NCBI GenBank assembly: GCA_022614695.1
Contig: JAKEIC010000077.1
Span: 1-57,437 of the forward strand
Direction: 5' to 3'
Length of the DNA stretch: 57,437 nt
Source of the DNA: Planctomycetales bacterium
GTDB lineage: Bacteria > Planctomycetota > JAKEIC01
A model generated the notes under the pieces. The model was not told the DNA's origin, made no database searches, and worked only from the letters and a program-made list of their open reading frames with translations. This document shows positions 16,973 to 26,665 of this stretch, piece by piece. Positions within the stretch are counted from its first letter, which is position 1; the number at the start of each line of letters is the position of its first letter. Made by a program: the position numbers and the translations under genes.

Positions 16973-19942
16973 TCAGTCTCCCGCGCTCCGGCTCCTCTCT
17001 AGGAGAGCCTTCCAGCGCGGGTCGCCGTGCAGGGATCGCAGTTCGGGGACTTCAGCAAGAGCCGGGCGGACCTCCCGGCAGAGCTCGAGCGCCCTTCGCA
17101 GTTGCTCGAACGCCCGATCCACGAGCTGGGGGCGATCGCCGCCGGGCCCGCCGGCCGCCACGGCATAGCAGCGGGCGAGTGCCGAGTGAGCGACAACCCG
17201 CAGGGCTCGGACCGTCCGGAGGGCGAGCGGGCTCTCTCTCTCGGCGAGGGCGAGTACCCCCTCGAGGATGGCTCTGGCCTCCACGTGTGCGCCCTCGCGA
17301 GAGAGTCGAATGGCATCGAGTGCCCGGACCTTCCACCGGATGCGCCACCCGACCAGGCCTTCCCAACGCGGATCCTGGTTCAGGAAGGCCATCTCGGCGG
17401 AGGACCACCAGTCCGAAGGACCGCTCCTAGGGTCCGACCAGGTCACTGTCTCGAGCCACGCACCCGGGGTCCACCCGTAGTCGAGAGCCCGAGTCAATTC
17501 CGCCAAGGCCCTTTCCACCAGGACCACTCCCGGATCGGGGCGGGGGTCCACTGGGGCCACCCGGGTCCGCGGCGGTCCCTGAGCGCGCGCGCGTAGCCGG
17601 TGGAGCGCTGCGTGGGCCGCGATTAGCGGGTACGTCCCGATCCATCTCGCCTCGATGGATTGACTCTCGGCCGCTTGCACGGACTCCTCGAGGAGACGCT
17701 CCGCATCGGCAGTGTGGTCCTGCGCCGCCTCGCGCACCCCCTCCCAAGTCCGGTCCCGCCATGTGGCTTGACGGTTCAGCGCCTGCCAACGTGGCTCGAC
17801 CTCCAGACGCACGAACTCCGCGGCCTCCAACCGCCACTGCCATCCGAGAGCCACGGCCCGCTCCAGGTGGTCCAGCGCGGCCTCGACGACAGTGTCAGCC
17901 GACCCGTGAGGGCCACGTCTCGCGGGCCGACTCCCCGCGAGGGCCCGCGCGAGCCCGAAATGAGCGTCTCGGAACACCGCACGGCATTGAATGTCCCGGG
18001 AAGCCCCTGCCGCCTCGGCCTCCTGGAGCCCCGACTCGTACTCCCCGATCGCCACCTCGTAGGCGCACTCGTCCACTAAACGGCGCGCGCGCTCGAGCCG
18101 GCGGAGCCACGGAGCCCCGGCCTGCGCGGCCTCCCAGCTCGCGAGTCTCTCCTCCCACGTCCACTGCGACCCGAGCCCGTCGAGGCGCTCCTCGGGCCCG
18201 GCCCGGATGGCCAGCCTGATCGGGACCGCGATACCCTCTCGCGCGTCGGCGATGGCCCCCAGCCGGTCTCCCCGGGCGTTCCGGGCCAGGGCCCGGCCGA
18301 AGTACCAGCCGGGCCGCGGCGGCGATCCCCGATCCTGGGCGACCCGGATCAGCTCCGAGTACTCCCCGATCGCCCTGTCGTAGGCCGCTTCCGCGGCGCC
18401 GCCTCGGCGCGCGTCGACATCTCCCAGAGCGAGATGCACCCGCGCGCGAGCGTCCTGTACATCGAGCGTTTCCGGGACGGACCAGTAGGGCCCGGCTACG
18501 TGGAGGTCGCGGACCCCGGATCCCGCGCCAACTCGCATCCCATCCGTCCACGCCTGGAGCGCTTCCAGGTAGGGGCCCCGGGGGTCCTGCCCGCGCACAG
18601 TCCTCGCACGCGCCTCCCAGAGCAGGACCTCACCCAGGAGGATTCGCGCTCTCGCGGGACTCGGATCGAGCAAGACCAGCTCCTGGAGCTGGGTAATCGT
18701 TGGATCAAAGTTTGCGTAACCTCCGCTCCGGAGGCTCCGGCCGCCGCTCTCGATCTCACGGGGGGAGACTATCAGGCGAGCCCGCACGAGCTCTCCCAAG
18801 ACCTCCTGATGCTGTTCGGCCCGGTACCGGCCATAGCTCACGAGTGCGGCCGTCGCGACACCTCCGCAGGCCACGACCGCCCAAAGGACCGGATGCCGCG
18901 CGATGTGGCGGCGCGCCACCGACGCCCGCCGGGCGAGCACAGGCTCGCCCCGGAGGAACCTCGCCAGGTCCTCGGCCAGGGCCTCCCCGGTCGCGTACCG
19001 CCGCTCCGGGGACTTCTCCAGACACTTCCCCACGATTGTCTCGAGGTCCCACGGCACCCCGGGCGCCCGACGACGCAGAGGCGAGGGATCCCACGACACC
19101 ACCGCCGCCAGCACCGCCAGGGGCGTCTTCCCGTCGAACGGCACCCCGCCCGTCAAGCACTCGTACAGCACCACCCCGCACGACCAGATGTCTGCACGCC
19201 CGTCCACCACCTCGCTCCGCGCCTGCTCGGGGGACATGTAGTTCGGGGTCCCGAAAACCTGCCCGCTCCGCGAGAGGGTCGTCGAACCCTCCACGTCCCG
19301 CGCGAGCCCGAAGTCGGCGAGGTGAGGTTCCCCGCCCTGGTCGAGCAGGATGTTCCCCGGCTTCACGTCCCGGTGGATGACGCCGAGGGCGTGGGCGTGG
19401 GCGAGCGCACGGGCCACCGTCTCCACGATCCGCGCCGCCCGGTTGGGAGGGAGCGTGTCCTGATCCAGGAGCGCGGCGAGGCTCTCGCCCTCGACGAGAT
19501 CCTGCACGAGGTAGGCCATCCCCTCCGCCTCGCCGGCCGCGTGGACGGCGACGATGTTCGGGTGCCGCAGCCGAGCTGCGACGCGCCCCTCCCGGAGGAA
19601 CCGGGCGCGGCGATCCGCGGGAGCCCCCGCGGGGAGGACCTTGAGGGCGACCTCCCGGCCGAGGGACGGATCCCGGGCGCGGTAGACGACTCCCATCCCG
19701 CCGCGGCCGAGTTCCCCCGAGATCACGTAGGCGCCGAGCCGCTGCGGGGCGGAAGCCGGCGGCGGCGCGACGGAGAGGCCGAGCGAGTCCGAATTCGAGG
19801 GCGGTGGACCGCCGGAGACGTGCGTGACCGTGGGCGAGCCCGGGAGGCCGGGAATCGGCTCGGTGAGGTTCTCCCGGGGGGCCTCGGGAGGGGCCCCTCG
19901 GCTCCCGGGATCCAGGTTCTTGCGGTTCTTGTCCGGCCCCAC
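16973..19942 (-). CDS. K8: Ser/Thr protein kinase with a long helical-repeat C-terminal region (different family from K1-K7)
   Basis: Motifs GELGRGGMGVVYRARD, VALKVL, HRDVKPGNILLDQGGEPHLADFGLAR, GTPNYMSPEQ and a TM-like VLWAVVACGGVATAALV. About 600 aa follow with recurring ...DPRW.AL... helical motifs. The beta7-DFG spacing is canonical, with no palindromic insert. Confidence 0.85.
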   Translation of the reverse strand: MGPDKNRKNLDPGSRGAPPEAPRENLTEPIPGLPGSPTVTHVSGGPPPSNSDSLGLSVAPPPASAPQRLGAYVISGELGRGGMGVVYRARDPSLGREVALKVLPAGAPADRRARFLREGRVAARLRHPNIVAVHAAGEAEGMAYLVQDLVEGESLAALLDQDTLPPNRAARIVETVARALAHAHALGVIHRDVKPGNILLDQGGEPHLADFGLARDVEGSTTLSRSGQVFGTPNYMSPEQARSEVVDGRADIWSCGVVLYECLTGGVPFDGKTPLAVLAAVVSWDPSPLRRRAPGVPWDLETIVGKCLEKSPERRYATGEALAEDLARFLRGEPVLARRASVARRHIARHPVLWAVVACGGVATAALVSYGRYRAEQHQEVLGELVRARLIVSPREIESGGRSLRSGGYANFDPTITQLQELVLLDPSPARARILLGEVLLWEARARTVRGQDPRGPYLEALQAWTDGMRVGAGSGVRDLHVAGPYWSVPETLDVQDARARVHLALGDVDARRGGAAEAAYDRAIGEYSELIRVAQDRGSPPRPGWYFGRALARNARGDRLGAIADAREGIAVPIRLAIRAGPEERLDGLGSQWTWEERLASWEAAQAGAPWLRRLERARRLVDECAYEVAIGEYESGLQEAEAAGASRDIQCRAVFRDAHFGLARALAGSRPARRGPHGSADTVVEAALDHLERAVALGWQWRLEAAEFVRLEVEPRWQALNRQATWRDRTWEGVREAAQDHTADAERLLEESVQAAESQSIEARWIGTYPLIAAHAALHRLRARAQGPPRTRVAPVDPRPDPGVVLVERALAELTRALDYGWTPGAWLETVTWSDPRSGPSDWWSSAEMAFLNQDPRWEGLVGWRIRWKVRALDAIRLSREGAHVEARAILEGVLALAERESPLALRTVRALRVVAHSALARCYAVAAGGPGGDRPQLVDRAFEQLRRALELCREVRPALAEVPELRSLHGDPRWKALLERSRSAGD

Positions 19943-20035
19943 CTACCCCCCAACAGGCGGGCACATTCTACGCACCGAGAGCCGAAGCCGCCCCCCTTGC
20001 GAGGCCGGGGCCGAGCCCGCGCACGGGGGGATCGG

Positions 20036-20063
20036 TTGACGGGATGAGCCCCGCACCTACACT
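20036..20063 (+). promoter_or_regulatory. Candidate promoter for the amidohydrolase pair (near-leaderless)
   Basis: TTGACG (20036-20041), a 16-nt spacer, then TACACT (20058-20063). The GTG start at 20072 lies 8 nt downstream of the -10. Motif match only. Confidence 0.3.
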
Positions 20064-20071
20064 CTGCCGCC

Positions 20072-21385
20072 GTGGCGGGCGGAGGGCTCTTCCGGGCGAC
20101 AGGCTGCCTCGCGGCGCTCCTCGCCGCGAGTCCCGCCCGCTCGCAGGCTCCTCCCGCCGCCGCGAAGGTCCTCGCGATCCGCGACGCGACCGTGATCCCG
20201 GTTTCCGGGCCGATCCTCCCCCGGGCAACGGTCCTCGTCCGCGGCGGGAAGATCGCCGAGGTGGGGCCGAACGTCGCCGTGCCGCCCGGGGCCGAGGTCC
20301 ACGACGGGCGGGGGAAGTTCCTCACGCCCGGCGTGATAGACCCCCACTCGCACATGGGGGTCTACCCGTGGCCGGGGACGCCCGCGACGTCCGACGGGAA
20401 CGAGGCCTCGGCTCCCGTCACCGCCGAGGTCCGCGCGGCCGACTCGATCCACGTGGAGGACCCGGCCTTCGCGCGGGCCCGGGCGGGGGGCGTGACCACG
20501 GTCCAGATCCTCCCCGGGAGCGCGAACCTGATCGGGGGCGAGGCGGCGATCGTGAAGCTCCGGCCCGTGCCCTCGCTCGCCGGGATGCGCTTCGAGGGCG
20601 CCCCGCGCGGCTTGAAGATGGCCGTCGGCGAGAACCCGAAGCGCGTCTACGGCGGCAGGGGGAAGACCCCCTCGACTCGCATGGGGAACGCCGCCGTGAT
20701 GAGGCAGGCTTTCATCAAGGCCCGGGAGTACCTCACGAAGTGGGACCGCTACCGGGCGAAGCTCGAGGAGCACCGTCGGAAGCTCGCCGCGGGCGAGGAG
20801 AAGGCCGAGAAGGAGCCCGAGAAGCCTGAGACCGACCTCCAGCTCGAGACCCTCGCGGCCGTCCTCCGCGGGGAGGTCCGCGTGCATATCCACTGCTACC
20901 AGACCCACGACATCGAGTTCCTCTTCCGGCTCTCGGACGAGTTCGGCTTCAAGATCGCCTGCTTCCACCACGGCCTCGAGGCCTACAAGGTCGCCGACGA
21001 GATCGCCCGCCGCGAGATCGGCGTCACCACCTGGACCGACTGGTGGGGGTTCAAGATCGAGGCCTTCGACGGGATCCCCTACGCGTTCCCGATCCTCCTC
21101 CGGAAGGGGGTCCTCGCCTCGCTCCACTCGGACTCCTCGAGCGGCGTCCAGCGCCTCTACCACGAGGCGGCGAAGGCGGTCCGCTACGGGGTCTCGGAGG
21201 AGGACGCGTTCAAGCTCTTCACGCTGAACCCCGCGAAGCAGCTCGGGATCGAGGCGCGCGTCGGGACGATCGAGCCCGGGAAGGACGCCGACCTCGCCCT
21301 CTTCGACCGCCACCCGTTCGACATGTACGCGCGGGTGGAGAAGACGTTCATTGACGGCGTGCTCGTGTACGAGAGGGGGAAGTGA
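20072..21385 (+). CDS. Secreted amidohydrolase-family protein
   Basis: Signal-like N-terminus (GCLAALLAASPARSQA). It has GVIDPHSHMGVY, a metal-binding H-x-H, and VHIHCYQTHD, in an overall imidazolonepropionase/prolidase-like amidohydrolase layout. Confidence 0.75.
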   Translation: MAGGGLFRATGCLAALLAASPARSQAPPAAAKVLAIRDATVIPVSGPILPRATVLVRGGKIAEVGPNVAVPPGAEVHDGRGKFLTPGVIDPHSHMGVYPWPGTPATSDGNEASAPVTAEVRAADSIHVEDPAFARARAGGVTTVQILPGSANLIGGEAAIVKLRPVPSLAGMRFEGAPRGLKMAVGENPKRVYGGRGKTPSTRMGNAAVMRQAFIKAREYLTKWDRYRAKLEEHRRKLAAGEEKAEKEPEKPETDLQLETLAAVLRGEVRVHIHCYQTHDIEFLFRLSDEFGFKIACFHHGLEAYKVADEIARREIGVTTWTDWWGFKIEAFDGIPYAFPILLRKGVLASLHSDSSSGVQRLYHEAAKAVRYGVSEEDAFKLFTLNPAKQLGIEARVGTIEPGKDADLALFDRHPFDMYARVEKTFIDGVLVYERGK

Positions 21386-22710
21386 TGCCGCCCCTGCGCG
21401 TGCCCGTGCTCGTCCTCGTGCTCGTGCTCGGACGACCCGGGACGGAGCCCGCCGCGCTTGCCCAGGACCCCGTCCCGGCCGCCGTCGCCATCGTCGGTGG
21501 CACGGTCCACACGGCCGCCGGCGCCCCGATCCCGAACGGGACCGTCGTGATCCGGGACGGGAAGATCGAGGCCGTGGGTCCGGGGCTCGCGCCGCCCGCC
21601 GGCGCGCGCGTCGTCCGGGCCGACGGCTGCTGGGTGACCCCGGGGTTCACAGACTCGGGGACCTCGCTCGGGCTCGTGGAGATCGAGCTGGTGGAGGCGA
21701 GCCGGGACAGCCACGAGAAGGGGGACCCGATCCAGCCTCAGCTCCGGGCCCTCGACGCATTCCACCCCGCGAGCGTCGTGATCCCGGTCACGCGCGTGAA
21801 CGGGATCACGACGGCGCTCGTGGTCCCGGACCCGAGGAACGTGCTCTCCGGCCAGAGCATGCTCGTGCACCTCGACGGCGCGGAGCCCGCGCAATACCTC
21901 GTGAAGTCTCCCGTCGCGGTCCACGCGAACCTGGGGGAGTCCTCGCGCGGCGAGGGGGACAGCGCCCCGCGCACCCGGATGGGCGAGGTGGCGCTCCTCC
22001 GGAAGGCCCTCGTGGCGGCGAGGGACTACTCCGAGAAGCGCGGCCGCTACGAGCGGAAGTTCGAGGAGTACCGCCGGAAGGTGGCCGCCGGGGAGAAGCC
22101 CGATGGCGACGAGCCCGAGCCGCCCGCGCGGGACCTGAAGAACGACGCGCTCGTGCCGGTGCTCCGCGGCGAGATCCCCCTGGTCGTCCGCGCCCGCCGC
22201 GCCTCCGACCTCCTGCTCGGCCTCGAGATCGGGCGCGAGTTCGGCGTCCGCGTGGTCCTCGACGGCGCGACCGAGGCCTGGAAGGTGGCGGCAAGGATCG
22301 CGGAGGCGAAGGTCCCCGTGATCGTCGGCCCGATCACCGAGCAGCCCGAGGACCTCGAGGCGCTCGGCGCGGTCTACGAGAACGCGGCGAGGCTCCACGC
22401 GGCCGGCGTCACGTTCGCGATCAAGACGGCCGACGCCCACAACGTGCGGAACCTCCCGTACGAGGCGGGGACGGCCGTGACATACGGCCTCCCCTGGGAC
22501 GTCGCCTTCGCGGCCGTGACGCGCCGCCCCGCCGAGATCCTCGGTGCCGACGGCCACGGCACCCTCGAGCCCGGCAAGTGCGCCGACGTCGTCGTCTGGT
22601 CCGGCGACCCGTTCCAGCCGCGGAGCGTCCCGAAGGCGGTCTTCATCCGCGGCCGCGAGATCCCCCTCACGAACAAGCAGACGGAGCTGCGGGACAAGTT
22701 CGGGAAGTAG
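21385..22710 (+). CDS. Second amidohydrolase-family protein, translationally coupled to the first
   Basis: ATG 21385 overlaps the upstream TGA (tgATG), and a G-rich SD-like gagaggggga lies upstream. It has a signal-like MPPLRVPVLVLVLVLG and is paralogous to the preceding gene, but the H-x-H position reads FTDSGT. The track start GTG 21382 is equally possible. Confidence 0.7.
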   Translation: MPPLRVPVLVLVLVLGRPGTEPAALAQDPVPAAVAIVGGTVHTAAGAPIPNGTVVIRDGKIEAVGPGLAPPAGARVVRADGCWVTPGFTDSGTSLGLVEIELVEASRDSHEKGDPIQPQLRALDAFHPASVVIPVTRVNGITTALVVPDPRNVLSGQSMLVHLDGAEPAQYLVKSPVAVHANLGESSRGEGDSAPRTRMGEVALLRKALVAARDYSEKRGRYERKFEEYRRKVAAGEKPDGDEPEPPARDLKNDALVPVLRGEIPLVVRARRASDLLLGLEIGREFGVRVVLDGATEAWKVAARIAEAKVPVIVGPITEQPEDLEALGAVYENAARLHAAGVTFAIKTADAHNVRNLPYEAGTAVTYGLPWDVAFAAVTRRPAEILGADGHGTLEPGKCADVVVWSGDPFQPRSVPKAVFIRGREIPLTNKQTELRDKFGK

Positions 22711-22755
22711 GCCTCGCGGAGCGCACGCCCGGGCCGTCGGGGTACGATCGCCCTC

Positions 22756-24672
22756 GTGGACCCCGGGCAGCGGACCGTGGGCTGCTTCCTCGCCGATTTC
22801 GGCCTCGCCCGGTACGTCGCGACCGGCTCGAAGTACACGCGGACGGGCCAGGCGCTCGGGACTCCCGAGTACATGTCCCCCGAGCAGGCGGTCGGCGACC
22901 CGGACGCGCTCTCGCCGGCCACCGACGTGTGGGGGCTCGGGGCCGCTCTCCACGAGATGCTCGCCGGAAGTCCGCCGTTCGAGGGAGACACGCCCACCTT
23001 GATCGCGAAGATCCTCCTCGAGTCGCCGCCGCGCATCCGTCGCCTCCGGCCCGACGCGCCCCGCGCCGTGGACCGGATCCTGCGGGTCTGCCTCGGGAAG
23101 GACCCCGCGCGCCGGTACGCGAACGGCCGGTCGCTCGCCGAGGACCTCGAGCGAGTCCTGCGCGGCGAGTCCCCTCTCGCGCGCCCTCCCTCGACAAGCA
23201 CGCTCATGACGGTCGCGGCCGTCGCCGCGGTCGCTGCCGTGGCCGCGCTCCTGCTCGTCGGCCGGTCGCCCACGGGGTCGGGGGGATCGGGGGCCGAGGA
23301 CCTGCCCGATCCGGGGGTTGCGCGGGCCGCGCTGTCCGGGGCGGCGTCGCCCGAGGGCCTGGCGGTCCGGGCGCGGGCGCTCCGGGCCTCCGACCCGCAG
23401 GCGGCCGTCCACCTGCTCGGGGAGGCGCTGGCGAGGGAACCCCTGCGGCACGCGTGGCGGCTCGAGCGCGGACTCCTCCTCTGGTGCCTCGGCGACGGGG
23501 AGGCGGCGCGGGAGGAGTGGCGCCGCGTCCCTCCCGACACCCCCGAAGGAACCGAAGCAAGGCTCTACGGCGGGCTCGTGGGCGTGATCAGCGGACACGA
23601 GGTGCGGATCCGGTCCGACCCGGAGACCGTGGACCGGGCGATCCGCGACCTCGAGGCCGTGGCCTCCGGTACGGGTCCCGAGGCCGCCCTCGCGCGGGGA
23701 GCCCTCGCGACGGCGCGACGGGATTGGGGGGAGGCGCGCCAGGCCCTTCGGGACGCCCCCGGATGGCTGGCGGCGATGCTCCGGGCGTTCGTCGAGGGAA
23801 CGGACCCCGCGGGCGACGATCGCCTGGCGGCCCGGGAGTACGGGGTCGCGCTCGCGGAGGGCGTCCCGTTCGGCTGGGCGTACGTGAACCGGGCGTGCTG
23901 CCTCGAGACGACGGGAGACTACGCCGCCATGCGAGCCGAGGCCGAAGCGGCCGTCCGCCTGCTGCCGGACGTCCCCGAGGCGCACAACGTCCTCGGCCAT
24001 TGCATGCTCCGCCTCGGCGATCTCCGCGGGGCGATGGAGGCGCTCGACGAGGCGCTGCGGCTCCGGCCGGGATTCGCCAACGCCCTCTTCGCCCGCGCCG
24101 GGGTGTGGATCGCCCGGGGGGACACCGCCCAGGCGCTCGCGGACATGGATGAGGCGGTCGTTGCCGACCCCGCCGATCCCGCCGCCTGGTGTCGCCGGGG
24201 GTTCCTGCGGTCGCGCCTCGGGGACCCCGCCGGCGCCGAGGCGGACCAGGACGAGGCGTTGCGGCTCCGTCCGGCCTTCCCCGAGGCGTTGGTGAACCGC
24301 GGAGCCCTGCGCAGCGCGCGCGCGGACCACGGCGGCGCGCTCGCCGACCTCGACGAGTCGCTGCGGATCGAGCCCGACCACCCCGAGGCGCTCCTCAACC
24401 GTGGGATCGCGCGACGCGCGGCCGGGCAGGTCGAGGGCTCTCTCGACGACTTCGCCCGACTCGCCGGCCTGCGCCCGGTGGACCCCGAGGCCCACCTCGG
24501 CCTGGCGCTCGGACGCGAGCTCCGGGAAGAGTGGCGCGGGGCGGCCACGGCCTACGCCGAGGTGCTGCGCCTCGCGCCCGGACACCCGCAGGCCGAGCGG
24601 GTGAGGCGCTCCCTCGCCGAGTGCGAGGAGCGCGCGCGGACGGCGGCGGGGAGCGAGGGGCGCGGCCGTTGA
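22756..24672 (+). CDS. K2: N-lobe-less paralogue (kinase subdomains VII-XI only) - TM - juxtamembrane module - TPR array
   Basis: It starts VDPGQRTVGCFLADFGLARYVATGSKYTRTGQALGTPEYMSPEQA. No Gly-loop, VAxK Lys or HRD loop exists upstream; the gene is preceded by only 45 nt and then the amidohydrolase stop. It has a TM helix LMTVAAVAAVAAVAALLLVG, the conserved WRLERGLLLW...GWLAAMLRAFVEGTDPAGD...PFGWAY module, and TPRs up to the stop. Confidence 0.75.
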   Translation: MDPGQRTVGCFLADFGLARYVATGSKYTRTGQALGTPEYMSPEQAVGDPDALSPATDVWGLGAALHEMLAGSPPFEGDTPTLIAKILLESPPRIRRLRPDAPRAVDRILRVCLGKDPARRYANGRSLAEDLERVLRGESPLARPPSTSTLMTVAAVAAVAAVAALLLVGRSPTGSGGSGAEDLPDPGVARAALSGAASPEGLAVRARALRASDPQAAVHLLGEALAREPLRHAWRLERGLLLWCLGDGEAAREEWRRVPPDTPEGTEARLYGGLVGVISGHEVRIRSDPETVDRAIRDLEAVASGTGPEAALARGALATARRDWGEARQALRDAPGWLAAMLRAFVEGTDPAGDDRLAAREYGVALAEGVPFGWAYVNRACCLETTGDYAAMRAEAEAAVRLLPDVPEAHNVLGHCMLRLGDLRGAMEALDEALRLRPGFANALFARAGVWIARGDTAQALADMDEAVVADPADPAAWCRRGFLRSRLGDPAGAEADQDEALRLRPAFPEALVNRGALRSARADHGGALADLDESLRIEPDHPEALLNRGIARRAAGQVEGSLDDFARLAGLRPVDPEAHLGLALGRELREEWRGAATAYAEVLRLAPGHPQAERVRRSLAECEERARTAAGSEGRGR

Positions 24673-26654
24673 CCCCGCCCCCGAGCCGGGACGGCCCCTC
24701 CGGGGACCCGGGGCGCGGGGCGCCTCGCGCGTTCCTCGCCGACTTCGGCCTGGCGAAGTCCGTCTCCACCGGATCGAAGCTCACCCGCACCGGCCAGGCT
24801 CTCGGGACCCCGGAGTACATGTCGCCCGAGCAGGCCCGCGGCGAGATGGCGGAATTGACGCCGGCCGCGGACACCTGGGCCGTCGGGGCCCTGCTCTACG
24901 AGGCCGTCACGGGGCGGGTCCCCTTCGAGGGCCCGACGCCGGCCCAGGTGGTCCTGAAGGTCCTCCGCCACGAGCCGCCCCCGCTGCGCCGGCTCGCGCC
25001 GGGGGTCCCCGAGGCCCTCGAGGCGGTCGTCCGGGGTTGCCTCGGGAAGCGCGCCACCGACCGCTACCGGGACGGAGCGACCCTGCGCGACGACCTGGAC
25101 CGGCTCCTCGGTGGGGCGCGGCCGCTCTCGCGCGCCCGGAGACGGCAGAGGCCCGTGCTCCTCGCGGCGTGCGGGGCCGGTGCGGTCGCCCTCGTCGCGG
25201 CGCTCGTGCCGTCCGGGACCCCGACCGAGCCCGAACCGGTCGTCGGGCCCGCGCCGGCCGCCGCCCTGGCGGCGCGCGCCCGCGCCGTGGAGACCGGGGA
25301 CCCCGCGGCGGCGGCGAGGCTCCTCGACGAAGCCCTCGCCGCCGAACCCGGCCACCCGTCCCGCCACGAGTGGCGGCTCCGGCGGGGGCTCCTCCTCTGG
25401 GCCCTCGGGCGGGGGGCGGAGGCCCGCGAGGCGTGGGACCGGGTCCCCGACGACGCGGGCGAGGCCCCGCGGGCCCGGCTCTACTCGGCGCTCGAGCCGA
25501 TGTTCCGCCTGGCAGGGGAGGAGGCAGGGCCGGCGCTCGAGCGGGTCGCCCGCGGGACGGGCCCGGAAGCGGGCCTCGCGCGGGGGGCGCTCGCGACGGT
25601 CCGCCGGGACTGGGGCGCGGCCCGGGCCGCCCTGGGCGGTTTGCCCGGCTGGGAGGCGGCGCTCCTTCGCGCGTCGGTGGAGTGCCTCGACGCGGCGGGC
25701 GGAGATCCGGCGCTCGCGGTCCGCGATTCGGACGCGGCGCTCGCGACGGGCATCCGGTTCGGATGGGCGTTGAGCAACCGGAGCGCCGCCCGCCGGGAGC
25801 TGGGAGACTTCCGCGGCGCCCTGCTCGACGCGGAGGAGGCACTGCGGCTCTCCCCCGGGTTCCTCCTGGCGCTCCTCGGCCGCGCCGAGGCCCGACTTGC
25901 GCTGGGCGACGGGCGGGGGGCGCTCGCCGACTGCGAGGAGGTCCTGCGGCGCGACCCCGGCTACGCCAAGGGGCTCACCGGGCGAGCGGACACCCATCGG
26001 GCCCTGGGCGACCACGCCCGCGCGATTGCCGACTACGACGCGGCGCTGCGGCTCCAGCCCGGCGATCCGGTCGCGCTCACGAACCGGGGGGTCAGCCGCG
26101 AGCGGCTCGGGGACCTCGAAGGCGCGATCGCCGACCACGAGGCGGCGCTCCGCGCCCGGCCGAGCATGTTCGAGGCGCTCCTGAACCGGGGCAACGCCCG
26201 GTTCCTCCTCCGCGACGGCGAGCGCGCCCTCGAGGACTTCGGCGCCGCGATCCGGGCCCGGCCGCGCCGCGTCGAGCCGTACTTCAACCGCGGGAACGTC
26301 CGCACGTTCCTCGGAGACCACGCCGGGGCCGCGGAGGACTACACGGCCGCGATCGAGAGGGACCCGGGGATGGTCGCCGCCTACCTCTCCCGCGGCAACG
26401 CCCGCGTCCGGCTCGGCGACCACCGGGGGGCGTCGGAGGACTTCGCCGCGACGATCCGCCTCGACCCCTCGGACGCGGCCGTCCACGGGAACCTCGGATC
26501 GAGCCTCTACGAGCTGGGGGACCTCGCCGGCGCCGCGGCCCACTACGAGGAGTTCCTCCGGCGCTTGCCCGATCACCGCTCCGCCCGCCACCTCCGTGGG
26601 AGGCTCGAGGAGATCCGCCGGAGGCTGGCGGGCGGGGAGCCGGGCGGCCGTTAG
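24669..26654 (+). CDS. K3: N-lobe-less paralogue - TM - juxtamembrane module - TPR array
   Basis: TTG 24669 overlaps the K2 stop TGA 24670-24672. It begins LTPPPSRDGPSGDPGRGAPRAFLADFGLAKSVSTGSKLTRTGQALGTPEYMSPEQARGE. The TM helix is PVLLAACGAGAVALVAALV, followed by about seven TPRs. The track ORF start at 24189 is an out-of-frame overlap with K2. Confidence 0.7.
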   Translation: MTPPPSRDGPSGDPGRGAPRAFLADFGLAKSVSTGSKLTRTGQALGTPEYMSPEQARGEMAELTPAADTWAVGALLYEAVTGRVPFEGPTPAQVVLKVLRHEPPPLRRLAPGVPEALEAVVRGCLGKRATDRYRDGATLRDDLDRLLGGARPLSRARRRQRPVLLAACGAGAVALVAALVPSGTPTEPEPVVGPAPAAALAARARAVETGDPAAAARLLDEALAAEPGHPSRHEWRLRRGLLLWALGRGAEAREAWDRVPDDAGEAPRARLYSALEPMFRLAGEEAGPALERVARGTGPEAGLARGALATVRRDWGAARAALGGLPGWEAALLRASVECLDAAGGDPALAVRDSDAALATGIRFGWALSNRSAARRELGDFRGALLDAEEALRLSPGFLLALLGRAEARLALGDGRGALADCEEVLRRDPGYAKGLTGRADTHRALGDHARAIADYDAALRLQPGDPVALTNRGVSRERLGDLEGAIADHEAALRARPSMFEALLNRGNARFLLRDGERALEDFGAAIRARPRRVEPYFNRGNVRTFLGDHAGAAEDYTAAIERDPGMVAAYLSRGNARVRLGDHRGASEDFAATIRLDPSDAAVHGNLGSSLYELGDLAGAAAHYEEFLRRLPDHRSARHLRGRLEEIRRRLAGGEPGGR

Positions 26655-26665
26655 GATTCCCTCCC

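Noticed and set aside
22708-22758. The second amidohydrolase and K2 are in the same frame, separated by a single TAG (as with the upstream gene and K1), which might suggest programmed readthrough fusions.
   Set aside because: Sharing a frame has a 1-in-3 chance each time. A secreted amidohydrolase fused to a kinase fragment makes no topological sense, and no readthrough context is evident. Only the K1 case is reported, because K1 lacks any alternative start.
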